From IMG/VR virus record IMGVR_UViG_3300007171_000061, positions 1 to 64,000 of that record: DNA of 64,000 bases. One strand, 5' to 3'. The stretch comes from a virus (taxonomy: Duplodnaviria > Caudoviricetes). Shown here piece by piece: positions 48,200 to 58,657 of this stretch. Position numbers and translations under genes: made by a program. The notes below the pieces were generated by a model, which did not search any database, was not told where the DNA came from, and saw nothing but the letters and a program-made list of their open reading frames with translations. Numbering within the stretch: position 1 is the stretch's first letter; every line of letters starts with the position of its first letter.

Positions 48200-50482
48200 A
48201 TGGCTTCTATTGTAAGAATTAAACGTTCTGAAACTGGTGGTAATCCAGCTACGCTTGGACAAGGTGAGTTAGCTTATTCAGCTTTGACAGATAACGGCTC
48301 AAACGGTGGTGATCGCTTATACATTGGTATGGGTACTGAAACAGCAGGTAATGCTGTTAATCACGTTGTCATCGGTGGTAAATACTTCACTGATAAATTA
48401 GACCATACTCCCGGTACTTTGACTGCAAATTCTGCAATCATTGTAGGTGTTGATAGTAAGATTGATAATTTAAAAGTAGACAATTTAGATATTGATGGTA
48501 ATACAATCAGTTCAACTAATGCTAATGGTAACATTACTCTTGCTCCAAACGGTTCAGGTTCCGTAGTATTAGATGGTCAAAACTGGCCTCAAACATCCGG
48601 TACAAATGGTCAATATCTACAAACAAATGGTAGCGGTCAAACTGCTTGGAGTACTTTACCTCCTAGTGACTTTACAATCGCTGGTGATACAGGTACTGAT
48701 TTGTTCAGCACTGGTGGTACACTAAACTTCATTGGTGTAGACCCAATTGATACTGCTATTACAAACGATACAGTAACCATTTCAATCAAAGATGCTTCCA
48801 GTACCAACAAAGGTGCAGCTTCTTTTAATAACATTGACTTCAGCGTAACCGCTGGCGCTGTAAGTATTAACAGCGAAGCTATTCAAGATATCGTTGGTGC
48901 AATGGTTAATACCAATACTGAAACAGGTATTGCTGTAACTTATGACGATGTAAATGGTAAATTAGACTTTGCAGTAAATAACCCCGTCATTACTATTTCA
49001 GGTGACGTAGACGGTAGTGCTACAATGACAAACCTAGGTAACACAACTATTGCTGTTACTCTAGATACAGTAAACTCCAACATAGGTACATTCGGTTCAG
49101 CTTCATCTGTTCCTGTATTTACTGTAAATGCTAAAGGTTTGGTTACTGCCATATCCACTGCAGGTATTTCTACTTCCTTTACAATCGCTGCTGATACTGG
49201 TGCTCCTGATGTTTTCAACAACGGTGAGACACTCTTTATCGTAGGTGGTGAAGGTATTGATACTACCATCAGCGGTGCTACAAATACAATCACAATTAGT
49301 GCTGAAGACGCTAGTACAACCAATAAAGGTATTGCAACTTTTAACGCAGCAAACTTCGCTGTAACTTCTGGTGATGTTATCATCAAAGATGCTGGTGTAA
49401 CTAACGCCAAGCTTGTTAACTCCAGTGTAACAATAGGTACTTCAAACGTAGCTCTAGGTGGTACAATCACTTCTTTAGCTGGTTTAGGTGAAGTACAAGT
49501 CGATAATATCAACGTTAATGGTAACTCAATCACAGCGACCGATGTAAACGGTAGTGTAGTGTTAGTTCCTAATGGTAATGGTGTAGTTGACGTAACTGAT
49601 TCTCGTATTACTGGTGTAGCTGCCCCTATTAACGCAACAGATGCTGCAAACAAGGCTTACGTAGATAATGCGATTACTGGTTTAACCTTCAAAGATGCTG
49701 TAAACTTACTAGCTAACACAAACGTTGCCTTAACAGGTTCAAGCGGTACTTTAGTTATTGATGGTCATGCTCAATTAGTTGCTGCCGATAGTGGTTACCG
49801 CATTTTGTTGATTGGTCAAACTACTGGTTCACAAAATGGTATTTATACTTATTCTGATAACGGTACTACTTATACGTTGACTCGTAGTTCAGATGCTGAT
49901 ACATACCAAGAGCTACAAGGCGCTGCAGTATTCGTTCTAGAAGGTAATGTTTACGCTCAAACAGGTTGGACTGAAACTAACTATACTCTAACAAGTTTCG
50001 CAGGTCAAACATGGGTACAGTTCTCAGGTTCTGGTGCTTATGTAGCTGGTCAAGGTTTGATCTTAACTGGCACTACTTTTGACGTAGGTGCTGGTTCAGG
50101 TATTACTGTTACTGCAAACGCTGTTAGTCTTTCAGCTTCAGTAGCTGGTGATGGTCTAACACACTCTGCTGGTGTTATTAACGCAGTAGGTACAGCTAAT
50201 AGAATTTCAGTAAGTGCTGATGCAATTGATATTGCTTCTACATATGTTGGTCAAACAAGCATTACTACATTGGGCACAATCTCAACAGGTACTTGGTCTG
50301 CTGATACGATTGCTACTACCAAAGGTGGTACAGGCTTGACAACTTACGCTACTGGTGATATACTATACGCTAATGGTACTAATAGTTTAGCTAAACTAAC
50401 AATTGGTGCTAATGGTAAAGTATTGCAGGTAAATGGTAGCGGTGTTCCAGTTTGGGCCGATATTGACGGTGGTACATACTAA
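48200..50482 (+). CDS. Virion fibre protein with Mtd_N-like N-terminus
   Basis: IRIKRS...LGQGELAYS; G/T/S-rich beta repeats (STNKGxASF, TIAGDTG); ends DIDGGTY. Confidence 0.75.
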   Translation: MASIVRIKRSETGGNPATLGQGELAYSALTDNGSNGGDRLYIGMGTETAGNAVNHVVIGGKYFTDKLDHTPGTLTANSAIIVGVDSKIDNLKVDNLDIDGNTISSTNANGNITLAPNGSGSVVLDGQNWPQTSGTNGQYLQTNGSGQTAWSTLPPSDFTIAGDTGTDLFSTGGTLNFIGVDPIDTAITNDTVTISIKDASSTNKGAASFNNIDFSVTAGAVSINSEAIQDIVGAMVNTNTETGIAVTYDDVNGKLDFAVNNPVITISGDVDGSATMTNLGNTTIAVTLDTVNSNIGTFGSASSVPVFTVNAKGLVTAISTAGISTSFTIAADTGAPDVFNNGETLFIVGGEGIDTTISGATNTITISAEDASTTNKGIATFNAANFAVTSGDVIIKDAGVTNAKLVNSSVTIGTSNVALGGTITSLAGLGEVQVDNINVNGNSITATDVNGSVVLVPNGNGVVDVTDSRITGVAAPINATDAANKAYVDNAITGLTFKDAVNLLANTNVALTGSSGTLVIDGHAQLVAADSGYRILLIGQTTGSQNGIYTYSDNGTTYTLTRSSDADTYQELQGAAVFVLEGNVYAQTGWTETNYTLTSFAGQTWVQFSGSGAYVAGQGLILTGTTFDVGAGSGITVTANAVSLSASVAGDGLTHSAGVINAVGTANRISVSADAIDIASTYVGQTSITTLGTISTGTWSADTIATTKGGTGLTTYATGDILYANGTNSLAKLTIGANGKVLQVNGSGVPVWADIDGGTY

Positions 50483-50545
50483 ATCAATTATGATTCATGG
50501 GCGGTTTTTACCGCCCTTTTCTTTTACCTTTGTTAAGGATTGCAG

Positions 50546-53143
50546 ATGGCAAGCAAGATTATATTAAAGAAGTCATCAGTAGCTGCTAAAGCTCCTGTTG
50601 CTGGCGATTTAGATTTCGGTGAGTTAGCGATTAATTATACTGACAGTAAATTATATTTCAAGAAAGCTGATGGCTCCATTGATGCTTTTTCAAGTGCTGC
50701 AGCTTCTGCTCCAGTTACTTCTGTTGGTGGTAACATCGGAGCAGTTACTGATGCACAACTACTTGCTTCTATTAAAAACGTAGATGGCACTGGTAGTGGT
50801 CTAGATGCAGATTTTCTAGATGGTTTAAATGCTTCAGCTTTTTATCTTGCAAGTAATCCAAACGGTTATACAAGTAATACAGGTACAGTAACTTCTGTAG
50901 GTGCTACTGCTCCTTTGGTTAGCTCTGGTGGCAATACGCCTTCAATCTCTATTCCTGCTGCCAATTCAACTACTAACGGTTTTATGTCTAGTGCATATGC
51001 TAGCAAGCTTGATGGTATTGCTGCAGGTGCGCAAGTTAACGTAGCTACAAACTTAGCACAAGGTACACGCACAACTACAGCAGTACCAGTTACTAGTTCT
51101 ACAGGTACAACAGCAACTTTAGATTCAGCTACTACACTTCTAGCTGGAGTTATGTCTGCTGCAGATAAAAGCAAGCTTGATGGTATTGCTGCAGGTGCTA
51201 CTGCTAATACAGGTACTGTGACCAGTGTTGCAACATCTGGTACTGTTAGCGGTTTAACGCTTACAGGTGGTACAATAACTACAAGTGGTACAATTACTTT
51301 GGGTGGTACACTCTCTGCTGGTATTGCTAACATAAGCGATGCTCATCGTTGGTGGAATAACTTTGGTGATAATCATAGTACCAGAACTGCTTTTGATACA
51401 ACTTCTCCTTCATATAATTTTGGATGGAGATATGTTCAAGGATCAACCAATGGTCCCGGTACGGGTGGTAATCAGTTCTACTCTTTATATACTGGATTAG
51501 GCAATGAGTATCCCGCTACAGGTGCAGGTTCATATGGTATGTTCATGGCAATTGATCGTGATAGTACTACACCATATCTTTCAATTAGATACAACGAGAA
51601 TAATTCATTAAGTACTTGGAGAAGAATTAGCGCAGGTCGAGCAGATAATTGGACTACAGCTAGAACTCTAACAGTAGGTAACACTGGTAAATCCGTTGAT
51701 GGTAGTGCAAACGTAGCTTGGTCATTAGCTGAAATTGGTGCTTATGCTGCAAGTAATCCAAGTGGTTATACAACTAACACGGGTACTGTAACATCTGTGG
51801 GTGGTACAGGTGGTTATGGGGGTTTAACTTTAAGCGGAACCGTAACTACTTCTGGTAACTTAACTTTAGGTGGGACTCCAACAGGTACTTGGCCTATTAG
51901 TGTAAGTGGTAACGCAGCTACGGCTACAAACGCAACAAATCTAACGGGTACTACCACAAGCAGTATCCCAACATCTGCACTGGCTACTGGCACTGCCAAC
52001 TCAACCACGTTTCTTCGTGGGGATCGTACTTGGGGAACCATTTCAGCAGGTGCTCCCGGGGGTTCAACCACGCAGGTGCAGTTTAACAATGCCGGGGCTT
52101 TCGGTGGCGATACAGGGCTGACATACAACTCAGCAACTAAAACGCTGACAATTTCGGGTATTCCATACTCAAACGGTGCCACTAGAAGCTTTACAAACAC
52201 TGAAATTGCAATCGGAGTTGATGCGCTGGCAAATGCAACTACTGCCTCCAATCAAATTGCAATTGGTAATTTTGCACTAAACGCTTCTACATCAGGTTCT
52301 TCCAACACGGCAGTCGGTTCTAGCGCTTTACAGTCAAACACTACAGGTTCCAGCAATGTTGCACTTGGTTCTAGTGCATCTAGATTTAATACAACCGGAA
52401 TCAACAACGTTAGTGTTGGTCTCTCTGCTGGTGAGGCAAACCAAGTAGGTTCAAATAATACAGCGATCGGTCGTTACGCATTATCGTCTTGTCCGGGTTA
52501 CAGTAATACTGCAATCGGTTCCGGTGCTGGATCGTTCATTAATGACGCAACATTAAACTACGAAAACACGGCAGTTGGTCGCGATGCACTTTCAAACGGT
52601 CGCATTTTCAACTGTGCAGTTGGGTTTCAAGCTTTAGGTGGTTCGCATACCGGAAGCTCGAACACGGCAGTTGGGCATCGGGCTGGTGTAAATGTAACAA
52701 GTGGCACTAATAATGTACTTATTGGAAGAGACGCAGGTACGGACGCTGTTCGTAATGTTACAACTGGTGCTAATAATATTGTAATTGGAAATAACAGTAG
52801 TGCAACCGCACACATTAAAATTGCATGGACAGTCACATCTGATGCCAGAGATAAAACTTCTTTTGCGCCTGTACCCCACGGTTTGGCTTTTGTTAATGCT
52901 TTAACACCAACAGCGTACCAGTTTCGTGTCTCCCGTGAGGACGAAACGCCTTCTGGCCCAATTCGTTACGGGTTTAAAGCACAAGATATTCTTGCTCTGG
53001 AAGGTGACAATCCAATTATTATTGATAACAAAGACCCTGAAAATCTAAAGTATAACCAAGACTCAATGATTGCTGTGCTGCTTAACGCAATTAAGGAGCT
53101 TGATGCAAAATTTGAGGCATATAAAGCAGCGCATCCAGATTAA
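50546..53143 (+). CDS. Fibre/spike (receptor-binding candidate) with YadA-like repeats and Peptidase_S74 chaperone
   Basis: IILKKS...LDFGELAINY; NTAVGxxAL repeats; SDARDK...GFKAQD...coiled-coil intramolecular chaperone. Confidence 0.85.
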   Translation: MASKIILKKSSVAAKAPVAGDLDFGELAINYTDSKLYFKKADGSIDAFSSAAASAPVTSVGGNIGAVTDAQLLASIKNVDGTGSGLDADFLDGLNASAFYLASNPNGYTSNTGTVTSVGATAPLVSSGGNTPSISIPAANSTTNGFMSSAYASKLDGIAAGAQVNVATNLAQGTRTTTAVPVTSSTGTTATLDSATTLLAGVMSAADKSKLDGIAAGATANTGTVTSVATSGTVSGLTLTGGTITTSGTITLGGTLSAGIANISDAHRWWNNFGDNHSTRTAFDTTSPSYNFGWRYVQGSTNGPGTGGNQFYSLYTGLGNEYPATGAGSYGMFMAIDRDSTTPYLSIRYNENNSLSTWRRISAGRADNWTTARTLTVGNTGKSVDGSANVAWSLAEIGAYAASNPSGYTTNTGTVTSVGGTGGYGGLTLSGTVTTSGNLTLGGTPTGTWPISVSGNAATATNATNLTGTTTSSIPTSALATGTANSTTFLRGDRTWGTISAGAPGGSTTQVQFNNAGAFGGDTGLTYNSATKTLTISGIPYSNGATRSFTNTEIAIGVDALANATTASNQIAIGNFALNASTSGSSNTAVGSSALQSNTTGSSNVALGSSASRFNTTGINNVSVGLSAGEANQVGSNNTAIGRYALSSCPGYSNTAIGSGAGSFINDATLNYENTAVGRDALSNGRIFNCAVGFQALGGSHTGSSNTAVGHRAGVNVTSGTNNVLIGRDAGTDAVRNVTTGANNIVIGNNSSATAHIKIAWTVTSDARDKTSFAPVPHGLAFVNALTPTAYQFRVSREDETPSGPIRYGFKAQDILALEGDNPIIIDNKDPENLKYNQDSMIAVLLNAIKELDAKFEAYKAAHPD

Positions 53144-53281
53144 TAATCCAGATGTAGCAAAGATGTTAGAATCTAATTAATTTAAGATTAAATCAAGTGC
53201 AATTATATACTATTTATTATTGTACTTGATTTTCTAATAAAAATATGGTATAATTATGTTTAAATACATTTATAATAAGAG

Positions 53282-54082
53282 GTGAGCATGAAAATAGTAA
53301 ATAAAGCTAAAAGTTTTGCTCCCACAGATGCAATGCGAAATAATGCAAAGCGTGGATTAGCACTGCGAGAGAAATATAATCGTGGTGGACTGGACGCTTC
53401 ACAAGCTAAAAGCGAAGGTGTAGGTTCTGGTGTAGCTAGAGCAAGGGATATCATCAATGGTAATTTGAGCTTAGATACAGTTAAACGTATGTATGCTTTC
53501 TCTAGTAGGCACGAAAAGAATTACAACCCTAAGAAGAAAATGCCTGACGGTGGACCTACTGCTGGTACTATCGCTTGGTTGCTTTGGGGTGGCTCTGCTG
53601 GTTTAGCGTTTGCTAGACGAGTATTAAAACAAGAAGAAATCTTAAAGAGTTATATCAAAGAGATTACAGATGAAGAAGTAAATGCAGAAGATCAACTACC
53701 GGGAGTAAAACTTCCGATTACAAAAGCAGTTGATGAAGAATTAAAGCAAGCTACATTTATTGTAATGGTTCCAGAAGAAATTGATGCTCACGGTGATATA
53801 ACCAGTGAAGCTGAAGTTCGTAAAGCTTGTCATAACTTTAATAAGTACAGTATGAAAGCTAACTTATTTCATTTAGTTGAAACTGACACGTTTGAATTCT
53901 GCGAAAGTTACTGCTGCCCAACTGACTTTGTATTGGGTGATAAATTCGTAAAAAAGGGCACTTGGTTAGCTACTATTCAATCCTTAGATGATAATCTTTG
54001 GGAATTAATCAAGTCTGGTGAAATTAATGGTTTGAGTATTGGTGCTTTAGCATCTGTCGAATCAATCGAAGAGGATGAATAA
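53282..54082 (+). CDS. Prohead protease (XkdF-like) with extra N-terminal domain
   Basis: DAHGD...EVRKACHNF...NLFH...GTWL...WELIKSGEINGLSIG; promoter at about 53227-53255. Confidence 0.85.
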   Translation: MSMKIVNKAKSFAPTDAMRNNAKRGLALREKYNRGGLDASQAKSEGVGSGVARARDIINGNLSLDTVKRMYAFSSRHEKNYNPKKKMPDGGPTAGTIAWLLWGGSAGLAFARRVLKQEEILKSYIKEITDEEVNAEDQLPGVKLPITKAVDEELKQATFIVMVPEEIDAHGDITSEAEVRKACHNFNKYSMKANLFHLVETDTFEFCESYCCPTDFVLGDKFVKKGTWLATIQSLDDNLWELIKSGEINGLSIGALASVESIEEDE

Positions 54083-55305
54083 TGGCAACACAACGTAAAG
54101 CTAAAAGAAAACTGTCTGATATTAGTTTTGAAAAAGAAGGTGCTCATGTGGCTCTTACAAGTAAAAGTCAAGGTGGTCCCGCTAATACACACGACTATGC
54201 TTTGGTGCTAAAAAGCAACAAGTTCAGTGAAGAATTCGTAGAGAAAATGCAACAAGTTCGTGTCACTATGGAACTACCTGATTTCCTACGCAAGTTCTTT
54301 GGAATGTACGGTGATGAAGTTGAAATTCTAGCTCGCATGATGGGCTACGAGAAGCCTGAGTCTGAAGACTACTCTGAACCTATGGAAAGCTACGAAGATT
54401 ATATTCAATCTAAGATGGAAGCTTTTGAGATTCTAAAGTCTGCTCACGAAGCTGAAAGTCTAGCTGACGTATTATCTGCTCTAGATGAAACAGAATATTT
54501 AGCAATACTCAACGATCAACAGCGTGTGGAAAAAGCATTTGAAGAATTAGAAAAAGCTTACAAACCAAAAGAGGGTGACATGGTGCAATGGAACTCCAGT
54601 GGTGGTAAAGCTACTGGTAAAGTTACCAAGATTGTAAGCAACGGTTCAATGTCTGTTCCAGATACAAATTTTACTTTAAATGGTACAGAAGAGAATCCTG
54701 CTGTAATGATTAAATTATATAGAGATGGTGAACCTACCGATGTAATGGTTGGTCACAAAGCTGGTACTCTAAGCAAAGTACAAAAGTCTCTAACACAAGA
54801 ATCTGCACCTGCTGCTTCCGCAGACGGTAATGATACCTCAACAAACGCTGGCGTTGAGAATATTGAAGGGGTGTCTACCTCTGTTAACAAAGAAGAATTG
54901 GAGAAATCTAAGATGGAAGACGAAGTAAAAGTCGAAACCGTTGAGAAAGCTCAATTTGAACTTGTACAAAAAGCTCTAGATGAGCAAAAAGTACAACTAC
55001 AAAAAGCTCTTGAGACAATCGCTCAATTTGAAGCTGAGAAAAAAGAAGCTATCAATAAAGCGAAAACTGAAAAAGTTAAAGCTATCGTTAAAGACGAAAG
55101 CAAAGTAGAAGCAATCGCCAAGGCTGCTCTATCTCTAGAATCTGATGATGATTTCAATGCGTTCCTAGATGCTATGCAAGCTATGGTAACTACTGTTGAA
55201 ACATCTGAGATGTTCGTAGAAAAAGGTGCTTCAACTCAAGAAGAACCCGCTGTTAAAGAATCTGCTGTGGCAAAATTACTTAAAGCCAAGCAAGTAACTA
55301 AGTAA
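54082..55305 (+). CDS. Capsid scaffolding protein with inserted DUF2945/Tudor-like domain
   Basis: HVAL...GGPAN; KEGDMVQWNSSGGKATGKVTKI...VGHK; coiled-coil C-terminus. Confidence 0.7.
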   Translation: MATQRKAKRKLSDISFEKEGAHVALTSKSQGGPANTHDYALVLKSNKFSEEFVEKMQQVRVTMELPDFLRKFFGMYGDEVEILARMMGYEKPESEDYSEPMESYEDYIQSKMEAFEILKSAHEAESLADVLSALDETEYLAILNDQQRVEKAFEELEKAYKPKEGDMVQWNSSGGKATGKVTKIVSNGSMSVPDTNFTLNGTEENPAVMIKLYRDGEPTDVMVGHKAGTLSKVQKSLTQESAPAASADGNDTSTNAGVENIEGVSTSVNKEELEKSKMEDEVKVETVEKAQFELVQKALDEQKVQLQKALETIAQFEAEKKEAINKAKTEKVKAIVKDESKVEAIAKAALSLESDDDFNAFLDAMQAMVTTVETSEMFVEKGASTQEEPAVKESAVAKLLKAKQVTK

Positions 55306-55322
55306 TATAAAAGGAAATTAAA

Positions 55323-55718
55323 ATGCCACTAATCGCAACAGAAGCAAAACGTCTTTCTAACGTTGTCAAACAAGAACTCTTCCCTGAGTCTGCATACTGC
55401 CGTGTAGTAGTAACCTATAACGGTACTGCTGGTACTCTAGTTCCCGGTACTGTTCTCGGTAAGGTCACCTCTGGCGGCAAGTACAAGATTGCTGTACAAA
55501 CTGCTACCGATGGTTCAGAAGTTGCTGACGCTATCGTAATGGTTGAGCAAGCTGTACCTGCTACCACTGATACCAAGGTTCTATGCCTAGTTCGTGGTCC
55601 TGCTATCGTATCTAAGGACGGTCTAGTTCTAGATGCTACATACAACCTCGATGCTGAGAAAGCTGCTGTATACGCTGCTCTAGAAGCCAAGGGTATTCTC
55701 TGCAACGATGCAGTCTGA
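55323..55718 (+). CDS. Head decoration protein
   Basis: GTVLGKVT...GKY...DGSEVADAI; precedes the major capsid gene. Confidence 0.85.
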   Translation: MPLIATEAKRLSNVVKQELFPESAYCRVVVTYNGTAGTLVPGTVLGKVTSGGKYKIAVQTATDGSEVADAIVMVEQAVPATTDTKVLCLVRGPAIVSKDGLVLDATYNLDAEKAAVYAALEAKGILCNDAV

Positions 55719-55755
55719 TACTAAGATTACCGAACAATAAAACAAGGAAATTATA

Positions 55756-56769
55756 ATGCAAACTCGTAGTTTTGAAAAACCATTTGAGCTAGTCGATTAC
55801 ACAGAAGAACTACTCTTAGTTCCCAATAAATGGGGTCTAATCAACGAACTAGGTCTATTCGGTGAAGAAGGCGTAGCTCAACACAGCGTTACCGTTGAAT
55901 CCAGCGAAGGTACACTAGGTCTAGTTACCGACAAAGTTCGTGGTGAGCGCAACAACGTAGCCAAGAGCGATACTCGTGCTCTACGTTCATTCGCTATTCC
56001 GCACTTCCCAATGGATGATGCTGTTAAGCCAGAAGATGTACAAGGTAAACGTGCTTACGGTTCCGCTGATCAAGCTGAAACTGAAGCCGCTGTTATCGCT
56101 CGTAAGCTAGAGCGCATCCGTATGAACCACTCAGTAACTCTAGAAGCTGCTCGTGCCTTCGCTATTACCAACGGCGCTATCTACGCTCCTAACGGTACAG
56201 TGTCAGGTAACTTCTACACTGATTTCGGTATCACACGCAAGTCCATCGACTTCGTACTAGGTACTTCCACCACTGACCTAAACGCTAAGTCAGAAGAAGG
56301 TATTGCTCACATTCAAGACACCATCCAAAGCGGTGAAGTCGTTAGCAACATCATCGTATTGTGCTCACCAGCTTTCTTCGGCAAGCTAATCAACCACGCT
56401 ACTGTCAAAGAAGCTTACAAGTACTACACCAGCACTCAAGAGCCTTTACGTAACCGTCTAGGTTCCGGTGTATATCGCCGTTTCGTACACGGTGGTGTTG
56501 AGTACATCGAATACCGTGGTTCATACAACGGTACTGCTCTAATCCCTGCTGGCGAAGCTTACATGCTACCACAAGGTACTGCTGACATGTTCAAAACTTA
56601 CTTTAGCCCTGCTAACAAGTTCAGCCATGTTAACACCATTGGTGAGCAAGCTTATGTATTCACTTACCGTGATCCAAAAGACAGCGAAATTCAGATTCAA
56701 TCAGAAGCTAACTTCTTGAACTTGATTCGCCGCCCACAAGCTGTTATTCAGCTAACCACTTCTAACTAA
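55756..56769 (+). CDS. Major capsid protein (lambda E-like HK97 fold)
   Basis: Highly biased codon usage; DVQGKRAYG, TLEAAR, F.H.GVEY.EY, QSEAN...RRP motifs. Confidence 0.93.
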   Translation: MQTRSFEKPFELVDYTEELLLVPNKWGLINELGLFGEEGVAQHSVTVESSEGTLGLVTDKVRGERNNVAKSDTRALRSFAIPHFPMDDAVKPEDVQGKRAYGSADQAETEAAVIARKLERIRMNHSVTLEAARAFAITNGAIYAPNGTVSGNFYTDFGITRKSIDFVLGTSTTDLNAKSEEGIAHIQDTIQSGEVVSNIIVLCSPAFFGKLINHATVKEAYKYYTSTQEPLRNRLGSGVYRRFVHGGVEYIEYRGSYNGTALIPAGEAYMLPQGTADMFKTYFSPANKFSHVNTIGEQAYVFTYRDPKDSEIQIQSEANFLNLIRRPQAVIQLTTSN

Positions 56770-56785
56770 TCGTTAGATAATTAGA

Positions 56786-56808
56786 TTGCCCCTTCGGGGG
56801 CTTTCTAA
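56786..56808 (+). terminator. Terminator after the capsid gene
   Basis: GCCCC-TTCG-GGGGC followed by TTT. Confidence 0.75.
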
Positions 56809-56880
56809 CATTAGTCTTGCGTTGTAACATTGCTTATGTTAGAATACAGAATTAATGTTAGAAATAGTAAAGGACACATT

Positions 56881-57285
56881 ATGACAATTCATGCACTTAG
56901 AATCGAACTAGGAGATACATCACCTGAATTTCCAATCATGAGTGATGATGAGTATAATTACTTTTTAAGTAAACACGATTGGAACATTCGTAGAGCTTCT
57001 ATGGATGCAGCTAAAAGTATCATGCTTAAGCTTTCAATGCGTACTGATGAAACAGTCGATATTTTTTCAATTAAGGGTTCTAGTGCAGCTAAGAACTATA
57101 TGTCAGCTTTACAACTCTTTATCAAGAATCCTGATTTAAACGCTCTTTATGACAAAGTACAGGGTTATGCGGGAGGGGTATCAAAGAGTGATATGCAAGC
57201 CAATGATGCTAATTTAGATAACAACATCGTAAAAGACCCTCAAGCTGAAACCTTCACTTACCGTCCTAGTTCATTCGGTATTTAA
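56881..57285 (+). CDS. Head-tail adaptor
   Basis: LRIELGDT...SDDEYNYFL; position after capsid gene. Confidence 0.75.
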   Translation: MTIHALRIELGDTSPEFPIMSDDEYNYFLSKHDWNIRRASMDAAKSIMLKLSMRTDETVDIFSIKGSSAAKNYMSALQLFIKNPDLNALYDKVQGYAGGVSKSDMQANDANLDNNIVKDPQAETFTYRPSSFGI

Positions 57286-57299
57286 GCCAAGGAAATACT

Positions 57300-57656
57300 A
57301 TGGATAAATACTTAGCAATAGCACTAAGGGCAATTAATACTCACGGTAAAACTTGCAGTTATACTATTGTAACTGAAGGTACTTATAATATTGAAACAGG
57401 TAGCACAACAAATACAGAAACTTCGCATTCTGTAAAGATGTACAAGAAACACATTAGAGCTAATCAATATAACTTCCCAAATATGATCGGAAGAGATTCT
57501 GCTTTGTTTTATCTAGCTAATAATAATTTAAGTTTTGTACCTGTAGTTAAAGATAAGATTACTTTTGACAGTGTTACTTATACTGTAGATTCTATTACAG
57601 AACATGCTGCTGATGGTCTTGTGATTTTATACAAGATTCTGACCATAAAGGGTTAA
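57300..57656 (+). CDS. Head closure / stopper protein
   Basis: Synteny; EGTYNIETG, DKITF..VTYTV. Confidence 0.7.
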   Translation: MDKYLAIALRAINTHGKTCSYTIVTEGTYNIETGSTTNTETSHSVKMYKKHIRANQYNFPNMIGRDSALFYLANNNLSFVPVVKDKITFDSVTYTVDSITEHAADGLVILYKILTIKG

Positions 57657-57658
57657 TC

Positions 57659-58186
57659 ATGCAAATAGCTTGTGATACTTCAAAACTAGAAGAAAGCCTA
57701 AAGAAGTTCCATGAAGAAGCTGTTCGTAAGATGCAAGGTATGGTCAGCATGTTCTCATACTGGGTAACTTGGGAAGCTATTGAAAATACACCAATGGGTG
57801 AAGTAACAGAAGCCAATCAGTGGTTATATAACTTACCTTCACGTTCAAGAGTGTTACCTCCAGAAGCGGGTTCTGCTAAAGGTGGTTGGACAATATCATT
57901 TAATGGTCCTACGAGAATCATTTTTCCTGAACGTGCTACAGATGAAAATGCACAAAACATAAAGAGTAATGCAGACATTGCCAGTGAAAAATATAAGCTT
58001 GGTGATACTGTTTTTATTATGAACAGTGTTAGATATGTTGCTTCTGAAGGTTGGACATTACCTAAGTTCGGATCACTTGAAGGTGGTTATTCATCGCAAG
58101 CACCAAACGGTATTATGGAACCTACATTACATGCCATCTATGGTATATATCGTTCAGACCTAAAATCATACTATGAGGCAAGTTAA
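57659..58186 (+). CDS. Neck / tail completion protein (HK97 gp10-like)
   Basis: TPMG...AKGGW...NSVRY...LEGGYSSQAPNGIM. Confidence 0.75.
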   Translation: MQIACDTSKLEESLKKFHEEAVRKMQGMVSMFSYWVTWEAIENTPMGEVTEANQWLYNLPSRSRVLPPEAGSAKGGWTISFNGPTRIIFPERATDENAQNIKSNADIASEKYKLGDTVFIMNSVRYVASEGWTLPKFGSLEGGYSSQAPNGIMEPTLHAIYGIYRSDLKSYYEAS

Positions 58187-58593
58187 TGGCAATTATAGAA
58201 ATTAAAAGAGCAGCCGAAAGAAAACTAAACGCATTAACTCCTGTGGTTACAACAGCATGGGAAGGTGTTAGTTTTAATCCACCAGATGGTTTATACCAAA
58301 GAGTGCAATTTACTATTCAAACTCCAGATGATCCTGTGCTTGGTACGGGCTTTCACAGAGAACGAATGACAATGCAGGTATTTATTGTTGGTGCTGCAAA
58401 CAAAGGAACTTCGGAAGTTATTAACCGTGCTGAGTTAATCAGAGCGCATTTCGCAAAAGGTTTAGTACTTCAAGAAGGTGATGTAAAGATTCATGTGCTC
58501 AGGACACCACAAGTTGCTGGTACTACTGTTGTATCCGAAAGAGTGATTTGTCCGGTTCTAATTGAATTGGTAGCTGAAGTTTACTCTTATTGA
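58186..58593 (+). CDS. Tail terminator (DUF4128-like)
   Basis: AWEGVSFNPP...GTSE...AELIRAHFAKG. Confidence 0.75.
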   Translation: MAIIEIKRAAERKLNALTPVVTTAWEGVSFNPPDGLYQRVQFTIQTPDDPVLGTGFHRERMTMQVFIVGAANKGTSEVINRAELIRAHFAKGLVLQEGDVKIHVLRTPQVAGTTVVSERVICPVLIELVAEVYSY

Positions 58594-58657
58594 ATACGGT
58601 TGCTGAACCTAAATCAGAACATTTGCAAATGTAAAAATTTAAATTAAGGAAAATATT

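Noticed and set aside
48200-53143. Diversity-generating retroelement targeting the Mtd-like fibres
   Set aside because: No RT or Avd gene, and no template/variable repeat pair differing at adenines was seen; the repeats found are ordinary protein repeats
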